Assembly: GCA_035389045.1 (NCBI GenBank)
Contig: DAOORA010000043.1
Span: 1-37,172 of the forward strand
Length of the DNA stretch: 37,172 nucleotides
Direction: 5' to 3'
From: Bacteroidales bacterium
GTDB taxonomy: Bacteria > Bacteroidota > Bacteroidia > Bacteroidales > CAIWKO01
Position numbers and translations under genes: made by a program. Position 1 is the first letter of the stretch. Each line of letters begins with the position of its first letter. This document shows, in pieces, positions 30,020 through 37,172 of the stretch. A model generated the notes under the pieces. That model saw only the letters and a list, made by a program, of their open reading frames with translations, did no database searches and had not been told where the DNA came from.

Positions 30020-30850
30020 ATGGCAGCTCACAGGAAATATCACTGGTTTTTATATGCAGGGATGGGCATAGCGGCAGTTGTGGCACTGATATTTTTGTCT
30101 GGACCTAAGAACAACGACAAAACTGCTTCCAATGAAACTGATTCGTCTTTTACACCACAGACTTCCGAAAAACCGGGGTTTGATGAATTATTGCCCGCTT
30201 CGGCACCAACAGAGCAGATCATTCAAAATCAACATTATGCGCTCAGCTATAATAAAAAATACAAACAAGCCAACTGGGTATCATATAAGCTGACTTCACA
30301 AATGCTTAAAAATAAGACCGGCCGCACCGATGACTTCAGGGCGGATCCGGAGGCCGGAGCGGACGCTGCCACACCCCAGGACTATAAAAAATCAGGCTAT
30401 CACAGAGGACACCTCTGCCCTGCCGGCGATATGAAGTTTTCGGAAGACGCTATGTCGGAAACTTTTCTGATGACAAACATTTCGCCGCAAGATGCAGATT
30501 TTGACGCCGGTATCTGGCGAGAGCTGGAAGAGCAGATCAGAGACTGGGCGAGAGAACACAAAGAACTTCATATCACCACAGGGCCGGTTTTTGGTAAGCA
30601 TATCAAAACCATTGGCAGAAACAATGTGGCTGTTCCTGAATACTTTTTCAAGGTAATACTGGACTACAAGCAGCCCGGACTAAAAGGCATAGGCTTTATT
30701 TTCAGAAATGAAGATCACGATGATTATCTGCAGTTTCATGCCGTAAGCATTGATTCTGTTGAGTCTTTTACAGGCATAGACTTTTTCAGCGCCCTGCCCG
30801 ATTCTGTTGAGAAAGTGATAGAAAAATCTGCAAAATGGCAGGCATGGTGA
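30020..30850 (+). CDS. DNA/RNA non-specific endonuclease (NucA/EndoG family), N-terminal membrane anchor
   Basis: ANWVSY.L, R.DDFRADP, YHRGHLCPAGD, TF.MTNISPQ, W.ELEEQIR, VPEYFFKV. Confidence 0.92.
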   Translation: MAAHRKYHWFLYAGMGIAAVVALIFLSGPKNNDKTASNETDSSFTPQTSEKPGFDELLPASAPTEQIIQNQHYALSYNKKYKQANWVSYKLTSQMLKNKTGRTDDFRADPEAGADAATPQDYKKSGYHRGHLCPAGDMKFSEDAMSETFLMTNISPQDADFDAGIWRELEEQIRDWAREHKELHITTGPVFGKHIKTIGRNNVAVPEYFFKVILDYKQPGLKGIGFIFRNEDHDDYLQFHAVSIDSVESFTGIDFFSALPDSVEKVIEKSAKWQAW

Positions 30851-30906
30851 TTTTGAATGACTTATCATTTTTTTGCGTCAATTGAATATTTTTCAAAAAA
30901 AGATTC

Positions 30907-30914
30907 TATCTTTG
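30907..30914 (+). promoter_or_regulatory. -7 promoter box of tRNA-Pro
   Basis: TATCTTTG ending 10 nt before the tRNA. Confidence 0.7.
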
Positions 30915-30924
30915 CACCACATAT

Positions 30925-30998
30925 CGGGGCGTGGCGCAGTTGGCTAGCGTACTTGCATGGGGTGCAAGGGGTCGGAAGTTCGAGTCTTCTCGCCCCGA
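30925..30998 (+). tRNA. tRNA-Pro (GGG)
   Basis: Acceptor stem CGGGGCG/CGCCCCG; anticodon arm CTTGC-AT GGG GT-GCAAG; T arm GGAAG-TTCGAGT-CTTCT; CCA not encoded. Confidence 0.97.
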
Positions 30999-31008
30999 CT
31001 ACAGTGAT

Positions 31009-31036
31009 AAGGGTTTCCAAATATTTGGAAACCCTT
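31009..31036 (+). terminator. Perfect 28-bp palindrome after the tRNA
   Basis: AAGGGTTTCCAAATATTTGGAAACCCTT followed by T-rich sequence. Confidence 0.7.
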
Positions 31037-31043
31037 TATTTAT

Positions 31044-31115
31044 AAATTTGCACAAAATTTGCACAAAAATTTGTCCAAAAAATGCTGATTTTTAATTATA
31101 TGCATTTGTGTGCAA
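31044..31115. repeat. Tandem 11-mers resembling integrase arm-type sites
   Basis: AAATTTGCACA x2 (31044-31065), AAATTTGTCCA (31067-31077), inverted TGTGCAA (31109-31115). Confidence 0.6.
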
Positions 31116-31160
31116 TATGACTGATTTTTGAAAAAAATACAACATATTCCTTTAAATTTT

Positions 31161-32189
31161 ATGAAAATAAAATCTCAAAAAGAAAATTCCGGAAGGTATG
31201 AGTATCATCGTTATGATATAAACATTATCAGTACTCTGAAGAAAATGGAAAAAATGATTGAAACCAATAGCCAGAATTTAAAAACAAATATTGCTGATGC
31301 GTGTGAATTTATAAACCACATGTGGTTCATGGCCGAAACTTATTATAATTCGTTACCGGCGAATTCTGTGGAGAAAAATGAAAGCTTTGAGGAGCATAAA
31401 TTATCCAATCTCCTGATAATCCCGTCAGATCATCCATCATTTCAGACAGGTCTGGCTCTTGAATTAAACACAAGGGAAATATACGAATTAAGAGCATTTT
31501 TAAATTACCATCAAAAGAATTTTAAAGGATTTGGAGATGTTTTACCTGAACATTTCTTAGGATTACTTGAATATCTAATTGTACCGCATCTTAATGCCTG
31601 GAGCCCATTTAAAAAAGGCATGATCGAGGCTTGCATCATGGACTGGCTGGAAGCAAAAAAGAGCACGCGCAGGAATACGGTAAAATCAATTAAAGTCAGC
31701 AATACATTAAATTCACTCACCGACATTATTGATAAGAAAAACATTTCAGACATACAATTCAAGGAGAATGTGTTGAATGAATTATCCAGAATAAAAACTT
31801 TGGTCGATTTCCCTGGCATTAATATTAAGAAAAGCACCAAGAGAAATAAAACGGAAACCACCGTAAAAAACCATATTGATTACAGTGCTTTGTTTAAATC
31901 GGATGCCTTATTCACTAAGGCAATGCTGCTACTAGCAGAAAAAAAATTAATAGATGGTATCAGTTATAAATGGCTTGGGAATAAAAAGACAAAATCATTT
32001 TTAGCAATGATTATAAAGACTTTTCAGAGCAGGGGATATTATAAGGAAGGAGTTTCTTTAAAAAATCCGCTCATCAAGGAAATTGTCAAAGATTTTTTTA
32101 TGTTTGATGTAAAGATGGATACAATAAAACATACAAAAATTGATTCAAGTTCTGTAAAATTTATACCTTTCTGTACGGATAATAAATAA
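31161..32189 (+). CDS. Hypothetical island protein
   Basis: Long AT-rich ORF with first ATG at 31161; no motif recognised. Confidence 0.7.
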   Translation: MKIKSQKENSGRYEYHRYDINIISTLKKMEKMIETNSQNLKTNIADACEFINHMWFMAETYYNSLPANSVEKNESFEEHKLSNLLIIPSDHPSFQTGLALELNTREIYELRAFLNYHQKNFKGFGDVLPEHFLGLLEYLIVPHLNAWSPFKKGMIEACIMDWLEAKKSTRRNTVKSIKVSNTLNSLTDIIDKKNISDIQFKENVLNELSRIKTLVDFPGINIKKSTKRNKTETTVKNHIDYSALFKSDALFTKAMLLLAEKKLIDGISYKWLGNKKTKSFLAMIIKTFQSRGYYKEGVSLKNPLIKEIVKDFFMFDVKMDTIKHTKIDSSSVKFIPFCTDNK

Positions 32190-32203
32190 TTGACCTACAT
32201 CAA

Positions 32204-32230
32204 AATACACTAATACACTTTGGTGTATTA
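32204..32230. promoter_or_regulatory. Operator-like direct plus inverted repeat upstream of the excisionase-like gene
   Basis: AATACACT x2 (32204-32219) and TAATACAC-TTTG-GTGTATTA (32211-32230). Confidence 0.45.
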
Positions 32231-32317
32231 TAAACTGGATATATTAGGAATATTCAGGAAAATTATTACTTTCTTCGTAGTTCCAAATATGAATCAATTT
32301 CTAAACAAGGAGGAACT

Positions 32318-32671
32318 ATGAATATTATATCGTATAATGACTTGCCGGAAGCGGTTTCCAAATTAATAGGGATGGTGGAAACAATGCTTCAAATTCTGCA
32401 AAACCATCCGGAAAACGGGAAAGACCCTACAGCAGATCAATGGATGACACTAAAAACCTTAATTGCGTATCTTCCCGATAATCCTACCGAAGGTAGTATC
32501 TATAAAAAAGTGTTCCGGAAGGAAATCCCCTATCACAAGCCAGCAGGACGCCTTTTATTCCTGAAAAGTGAAATTGACCAGTACCTGATGTCTGGCAGCA
32601 CAAAAACTCCCGAACAGATTTCATCGGAAGCTGATAAACTGTTATCAGGAATGAAACGCAAAAAAAAATAA
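32318..32671 (+). CDS. Excisionase-like helix-turn-helix protein (HTH_17 type)
   Basis: SYNDLPEAV N-terminus; SIYKKV..KEIPYHK..GRLLFLKSEIDQYL. Confidence 0.85.
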   Translation: MNIISYNDLPEAVSKLIGMVETMLQILQNHPENGKDPTADQWMTLKTLIAYLPDNPTEGSIYKKVFRKEIPYHKPAGRLLFLKSEIDQYLMSGSTKTPEQISSEADKLLSGMKRKKK

Positions 32672-32784
32672 AAAATAAGCTCACAATAGTTCTGTTCATT
32701 AGTAAAACAGCATGATCCAATATATCAAAAAAAACCTTGATTATTATCAATTATCTATAATTATAAACTAAAAAAATTAAAACC

Positions 32785-33195
32785 ATGATTGAACTTTATC
32801 CCCCGGACCGGCAAATGGTCCTGCAACAGAAAACGACGACCATAAATTTAAGAATCTCACCGCTGATTAAAACTAAGCTCGTCGAACAAGCCTCGTTTAC
32901 AGGCATGACACTTAGCGAAATGGTTGAAACCGCCTGTGTGGATTTTCTTAAATCTGATGAAGAAAAGAGAAAATGCCATATTGAAAATGAGAATTACAAG
33001 AAAAAACTTGAGACTGCTCAGCGCATGCTTGATTTATATACAGGTAACTCAAGGATGAAAACCTTATTTGAAAAACTCAGGCACAAACATATCGAATATA
33101 CCAGTTATAACAATGTGAGGAAAACGATATTTATAAATTCACCGGATGATGTTTACACCATGATGTTAGAAATAATGGAGGTTAAAGAAATATGA
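32785..33195 (+). CDS. Hypothetical protein with ribbon-helix-helix-like N-terminus and coiled coil
   Basis: TINLRISPLIKTKL..QA...GMTLSEMV pattern. Confidence 0.7.
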   Translation: MIELYPPDRQMVLQQKTTTINLRISPLIKTKLVEQASFTGMTLSEMVETACVDFLKSDEEKRKCHIENENYKKKLETAQRMLDLYTGNSRMKTLFEKLRHKHIEYTSYNNVRKTIFINSPDDVYTMMLEIMEVKEI

Positions 33196-33338
33196 ATATG
33201 GAAATGTATGCTGTTTGCACCCCGGAGGTAATTCCGGTTAAAGGGTTTCCTTATAAAATAGTTTTTGTAGGGCTAGGGCTTACCCTTGCATTGTTTATTG
33301 CTTATAAAATAGGTCAAAAAGATCGGTCTGACGATTAA
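33192..33338 (+). CDS. Small 48-aa single-TM protein (not in ORF track)
   Basis: ATGA overlap with the upstream stop; MNMEMYAVCTPEVIPVKGFPYKIVFVGLGLTLALFIAYKIGQKDRSDD. Confidence 0.55.
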   Translation: MNMEMYAVCTPEVIPVKGFPYKIVFVGLGLTLALFIAYKIGQKDRSDD

Positions 33339-33356
33339 TACAGGCATTATTTTTTT

Positions 33357-33432
33357 CGGGCACTTCGAGAGTGATATGAGCGGGCACTTCGAGAGCCTCA
33401 GTGCCCGGGAGAGCCTCAGTGCCCGGAGGAGC
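33357..33432. repeat. REP-like hairpin cluster with 18-bp tandem duplication
   Basis: CGGGCACTTCGAGAG (33357-33371); hairpin CGGGCACT-TCGAGAGCCTC-AGTGCCCG (33381-33407); GAGAGCCTCAGTGCCCGG x2 (33391-33426). Confidence 0.8.
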
Positions 33433-33476
33433 TTGCCGGTAGTATGGAGAGTTTGTATTTATGGCGATGGCAGAGG

Positions 33477-34889
33477 TCATTTTTTTAACTGTTTTTGCAG
33501 GGCTTTACCTTTTGCTGTGAGGCGGTATTTTTGCAGGCGGCTGTTGGGTTTGTCGGGAATAGTGTATTCAATAATACCACTTTCACGAAGTTTTGGTATG
33601 GCTTTTCGCAGGTTACCACTCAACTGTTTGTGACCGAGCTTAAGTGCGATTTCACCTGATGATAACGGAACCTTCAATAGTACATCAATAATCTGAATAA
33701 TCACTTGTGCTTCAACTTGTGCCTCAACTTGTGCCTCAACTTGTGCCTCAACTTGTGCCTTTACTTGTTCCTCTACTTGCTCCCCAACTTGTTCAGTGAC
33801 TTCGTCTTCTGCCAGATTCCAGGCATTAGGGAAGGTCATACGAAGGAAGTTTTCGGAGAAGTGAAAACATTTTTCGGGATAAGCCTGTAGAATACGGGGG
33901 ATGCCAGATCCAAGGTATTCTACTAATTCCAAATCTTTGAAAATGCGCATGAGTTCCTGATTGCGGGGCACGGAGAAACCCTGAAAGAACTCTTTGCGGC
34001 TTAAATCATCGGGCAAACTGCCGGCAGAGGTAATCTCAATACGGTCATCGAAAATCTCAAATTTGGGAGGCACTTCCCTTGTATAATCATTGTGCACTAT
34101 TGCATTGATGATGGCTTCGCGCAAAGCCACCGGGTTCCACACCCGGGTGTCAATACGCTCTTTAGAAGTAATGCGGCTGCGTGTTTTGTTTTCAAGCTCA
34201 ATCTTATCAAGAACCTGTTTTGTAGCTTTAATGATGGAACAATAACCGTATTCGTTATTTTCTACAAGGTTGACACGGTTAATTCCCTTGTATTTAGCTA
34301 TTTTTATTGAAATAGAATTTATATCAGAAACCAGAAAAGCCACATAGTTAAAAACCTTATTTTCGGTAAGCAATCCAAGGTTTGACGCAAACTGAGCGTT
34401 TAGTTTCCTGCCCGATGCTTCGTAATAGATTTTTAGCTGTTCGAATTTCAGGTCCTGGCGGCTTGATTTTATTTTCCCGATTGAATTGCGGGTGCGTCTT
34501 GCAAAAAGATTTTCGATCATTTTGACGGGCATGGGTTCTGCAGCAGTGCCCACGCGGATGAAACAGCCTTTTTCAGACATACCCTGTTTTTTCAGATAAT
34601 AGGGTTTTTCGGGACCGCTGGCTACAATGATCTTTAAAACATCTTTACCGTCAACTTCTTCGTCAATAATATCGAACAATCCCAGGCAGGAAGGAAGGAT
34701 GTTGTGCCTTAAACGGTCTTTAATTTTAAGCTGTACCTCATCGCTGTTATCCACACCCACACTTTTTCCATTATCATCAATACCAATATAAATCATTCCG
34801 CCTTCGCGGCTGTTCAGAAAAGCAATTACTTCTTTTTCCAGCGAATCGGTTAATTTCAATTTCAGTTCGATGCGATACGACTCTTTCAT
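33477..34889 (-). CDS. AlbA_2/Schlafen-domain protein with HATPase_c_4 and C-terminal wHTH
   Basis: ESYRIELK..VIAFLNSREGG.IYIGIDDNG; ALREAIINAIVHNDY; IFDDRIEITSAG; PRN; E.LGSGI; PDKPNSRLQKY.LT. Confidence 0.88.
   Translation of the reverse strand: MKESYRIELKLKLTDSLEKEVIAFLNSREGGMIYIGIDDNGKSVGVDNSDEVQLKIKDRLRHNILPSCLGLFDIIDEEVDGKDVLKIIVASGPEKPYYLKKQGMSEKGCFIRVGTAAEPMPVKMIENLFARRTRNSIGKIKSSRQDLKFEQLKIYYEASGRKLNAQFASNLGLLTENKVFNYVAFLVSDINSISIKIAKYKGINRVNLVENNEYGYCSIIKATKQVLDKIELENKTRSRITSKERIDTRVWNPVALREAIINAIVHNDYTREVPPKFEIFDDRIEITSAGSLPDDLSRKEFFQGFSVPRNQELMRIFKDLELVEYLGSGIPRILQAYPEKCFHFSENFLRMTFPNAWNLAEDEVTEQVGEQVEEQVKAQVEAQVEAQVEAQVEAQVIIQIIDVLLKVPLSSGEIALKLGHKQLSGNLRKAIPKLRESGIIEYTIPDKPNSRLQKYRLTAKGKALQKQLKK
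33703..33798. repeat. In-frame 12-bp VNTR, 8 units, encoding (QVEA)n-like linker
   Basis: ACTTGTGCCTCA consensus; three identical units plus five variants. Confidence 0.92.
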
Positions 34890-36976
34890 TACAAAATTGT
34901 TTTAAAGTTTTCACTTATCAGATCTGCCAGTTTTGCGGCTTCTTCATTAAGCCCTTCCAATTCAATATGAATTTCCTTAAGCCGTTCCTCGTAATCAATT
35001 CCATCATCCACAGTGGCATCCACCCCAACATACCTGCCAGGACTCAGGCTCCAGTCCTTTGCTTCGATGTCGGCCTGTGATACTAATTTGCACAGACCCT
35101 CAACATCATTGTACCTGCTTTCGGGGAAACGGCTCGTGAGCCAATGGGCCTGTTTCCAAAAATATTCTGTTTCGTGCAGCAGGCCGGGTTCTCCTTCGTT
35201 GGGATCGCCGCTGAGTTGTTGTTGCAGTTCTTTAAGCTGATCAAGCTCGTCTTTCAGATTCAGTTCTTTCCAATCTTTGTTTTTAGATAGCTGGTGTTCT
35301 TTGGCTGCCTCGGTTATTGCATCCAACAATTGCTTTATGAGTTTATCCTGAGGTTTACGGAGTGCTTTGCATTGCTGAGCAATCTGTTCCAAGTTGGGGG
35401 CAGCCACAAGGGCAGCCCGTACAAGAGTGTTTTGTTGTTCATAAATGGCTGCTGCTTCTTCCATTTTCAAAGCCAAAGCGAATGTTTCAGCTTCTTTGTT
35501 TTCTTTTATGTATTTGGCGGCAAAATCACTTAATGTTTTATGGACTTTCTGAAATTGTTTTTGCAGTGAGGTAATGGCTGCGGCAGTTTCTTTTGCTAAT
35601 CCGGCAGAGGTTTGAAGATATTCTTTTACGGTATTTTCAAACTTTTTTGTGTTGCCACGGTATAGGTTCACTATACAAATAAGGTTTTGCAACTGCTCCG
35701 GGCTAAAGTCGTTGATCTTAGAAGTTACTTTCCTGTATATCTTCCGGGCATCGAGCATCAGGACTTTGTCATTTTTTATTATGTCCTGTTCTTTTGCCCT
35801 GTCGAAAAACCAAAGGGTGCAAGGCAGGGAACGGGTGTAGAAGAAGTTGTTGCCAATGGCTACCATTACATCAACTGCGCCTGTTTTTACAAGTTTTTCG
35901 CGAATCTCTTTCTCGCTGTGTCCGGCATCGCTGGCAGAGGAAGCCATTACAAAACCTGCACGAGCTGTCGGCTTCAGGTAAGAATAAAAATATTGAATCC
36001 ACAGATAATTCGCATTGTCATTCTTTGGTAATCCAAAAGGAAGTCGCGAATCCTTCTTCACAACATCTTTTGATTTATCTACCCCATCCACATTAAAAGG
36101 CGGATTTGCCATTACAAAATCACAACTACCAACTAATTCATGTTTGTCCTCATAAAAAGTATTTCCCTCTTGTATGTTTCCTTCCAGTCCATGAACAGCC
36201 AGGTTCATTTTTGCAAGTTTTGTATTAGTTTCTGCTTTTTCCTGTCCGTAAAAAGTTACTTTCTCGGCAGGCTGCAAACCCTCACTTTCGATAAAATATC
36301 CGGTTTGTACAAACATGCCGGCACTACCGCAGGCGGGATCGAACACAATGCCATGATCGGGTTTAATGATATTAACAATCGTATTCACCAAACTGAAAGG
36401 TGTGAAGAATTCACCGCCCTCCTGGGCACCGGTCATGGCAAATTTGTTTAGAAAGTATTCATAAATCTTTCCGAAAAGATCACCTTCTGCTTTCTGCAGG
36501 ACTTCCTTATTGAAAATACGGAGCAGTTCATGTAAAAGGTCTTTACTGAAAATTGAAAAGTTCTTTGGAAGGATACCCTTCAGGTTTTCATATTCATCTT
36601 CTATGGATTTCATCGCCATATCGATAGCTCCACCTATGTATAGAGGTTCTTTTTCACCTTTTTCATTTTTAATAAAAATTCCACCCTCAGGGAAGTTTAC
36701 CAGATACTCAAAACGTGCAATCTCTGGAAGGAACAAGGCGTTTTTTTCCAGAAAATCATTTTTTGTTATTGTGCGTTTTCCGCGTTGTGGATGTATCGGT
36801 AAATCCTTTTCTACCTCAATCCTCACTTTTTCAAACCTGTTAAAGGCATGGCGTAAAAATATCAATCCCAACACGGGCATTGAATATTCCGATGCTGTTA
36901 GCTTGCTGTTGGCCCTGAGCTGGTCAGCGGCTCTCCAGAGTTCCGCTTCTAATTTCCTGAGTTGTGTGCCTTGCAT
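34889..36976 (-). CDS. hsdM: Type I restriction-modification DNA methyltransferase subunit M
   Basis: LWRAADQLRANS, GEFFTP, FDPACGSAGMF (motif I), ANPPF (motif IV), WSLSPGRYVG; long helical insertion. Confidence 0.94.
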   Translation of the reverse strand: MQGTQLRKLEAELWRAADQLRANSKLTASEYSMPVLGLIFLRHAFNRFEKVRIEVEKDLPIHPQRGKRTITKNDFLEKNALFLPEIARFEYLVNFPEGGIFIKNEKGEKEPLYIGGAIDMAMKSIEDEYENLKGILPKNFSIFSKDLLHELLRIFNKEVLQKAEGDLFGKIYEYFLNKFAMTGAQEGGEFFTPFSLVNTIVNIIKPDHGIVFDPACGSAGMFVQTGYFIESEGLQPAEKVTFYGQEKAETNTKLAKMNLAVHGLEGNIQEGNTFYEDKHELVGSCDFVMANPPFNVDGVDKSKDVVKKDSRLPFGLPKNDNANYLWIQYFYSYLKPTARAGFVMASSASDAGHSEKEIREKLVKTGAVDVMVAIGNNFFYTRSLPCTLWFFDRAKEQDIIKNDKVLMLDARKIYRKVTSKINDFSPEQLQNLICIVNLYRGNTKKFENTVKEYLQTSAGLAKETAAAITSLQKQFQKVHKTLSDFAAKYIKENKEAETFALALKMEEAAAIYEQQNTLVRAALVAAPNLEQIAQQCKALRKPQDKLIKQLLDAITEAAKEHQLSKNKDWKELNLKDELDQLKELQQQLSGDPNEGEPGLLHETEYFWKQAHWLTSRFPESRYNDVEGLCKLVSQADIEAKDWSLSPGRYVGVDATVDDGIDYEERLKEIHIELEGLNEEAAKLADLISENFKTIL

Positions 36977-37117
36977 TATTTATCAGTCCTCTTTTAAATA
37001 CTTAGTGTTTTGCATGGATATACTTCCATTTGTATCCATATTTGTTTAGTGGTAAAAATTCAATATAATATTATGTGTAAAATTATATTTTTTTATTAAC
37101 AAAATATCAATAGCCTT

Positions 37118-37172
37118 AGAAATTGTTTTGATTTTATCTTTTCATATCTTTATGCGTCTTTTTTGCTGCAAA
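37118..37172. mobile_element. Second MITE copy, opposite orientation, cut by the window end
   Basis: Reverse complement of 27632-27685 apart from one extra T. Confidence 0.85.

Larger units (their letters stand above)
30999..37172. mobile_element. tRNA-Pro-associated genomic island, probably decayed; right end not in window
   Basis: AT-rich genes after the tRNA, excisionase-like HTH, type I RM methyltransferase and AlbA_2 cargo. No integrase or duplicated tRNA 3' end seen. Confidence 0.6.

Noticed and set aside
29880..30086. N-terminal extension of the M3 peptidase
   Set aside because: The signal peptide and -7 box point to ATG 29879; the extension overlaps the nuclease gene.
30857..31045. 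62-aa ORF
   Set aside because: It spans the tRNA-Pro gene.
33357..33890. Repeats as a CRISPR array; ORF 33705-33890 with (CLNL)n
   Set aside because: Units abut without unique spacers and no cas genes are present; the ORF is the antisense reading of the VNTR.

Overview
Bacteroidota (Bacteroidales-like) chromosomal window, judged from T9SS C-terminal domains, TTTG-N19-TAnnTTTG promoters and a short primary sigma factor. All calls are by eye; no searches or folding were run. (1) 1-~3.9 kb: two AT-rich T9SS-cargo genes (a Cys-rich protein and an M4 metalloprotease) laid out like integron cassettes with attC-like sites; no integrase in the window. (2) 4.2-12.6 kb: core genes degP, rpoD, psd, cdsA, DUF2007, LUD, ftsH, rsfS, birA. 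(3) 12.7-15.4 kb: a tail-fibre-like surface-protein gene frameshifted in an A12 tract inside its signal peptide, preceded by a decayed small T9SS gene. (4) 15.7-30.9 kb: SRPBCC, pyrE and NUDIX (start codons share one CATG), a WG-repeat protein, a lipoprotein, a CASTOR/POLLUX-like channel, an ECF sigma-FecR-TonB receptor-DUF4249 locus whose putative ECF promoter recurs upstream of the lipoprotein, a palindromic MITE-like element, an M3 peptidase and a NucA-like nuclease. (5) tRNA-Pro(GGG), then an apparently decayed island with arm-like repeats, an excisionase-like HTH, small ORFs, REP-like repeats, an AlbA_2/Schlafen protein with a 12-bp VNTR and an HsdM without HsdS/R, ending in a second MITE copy. 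The best candidate for an undescribed system is the integron-like array of T9SS-secreted proteins.
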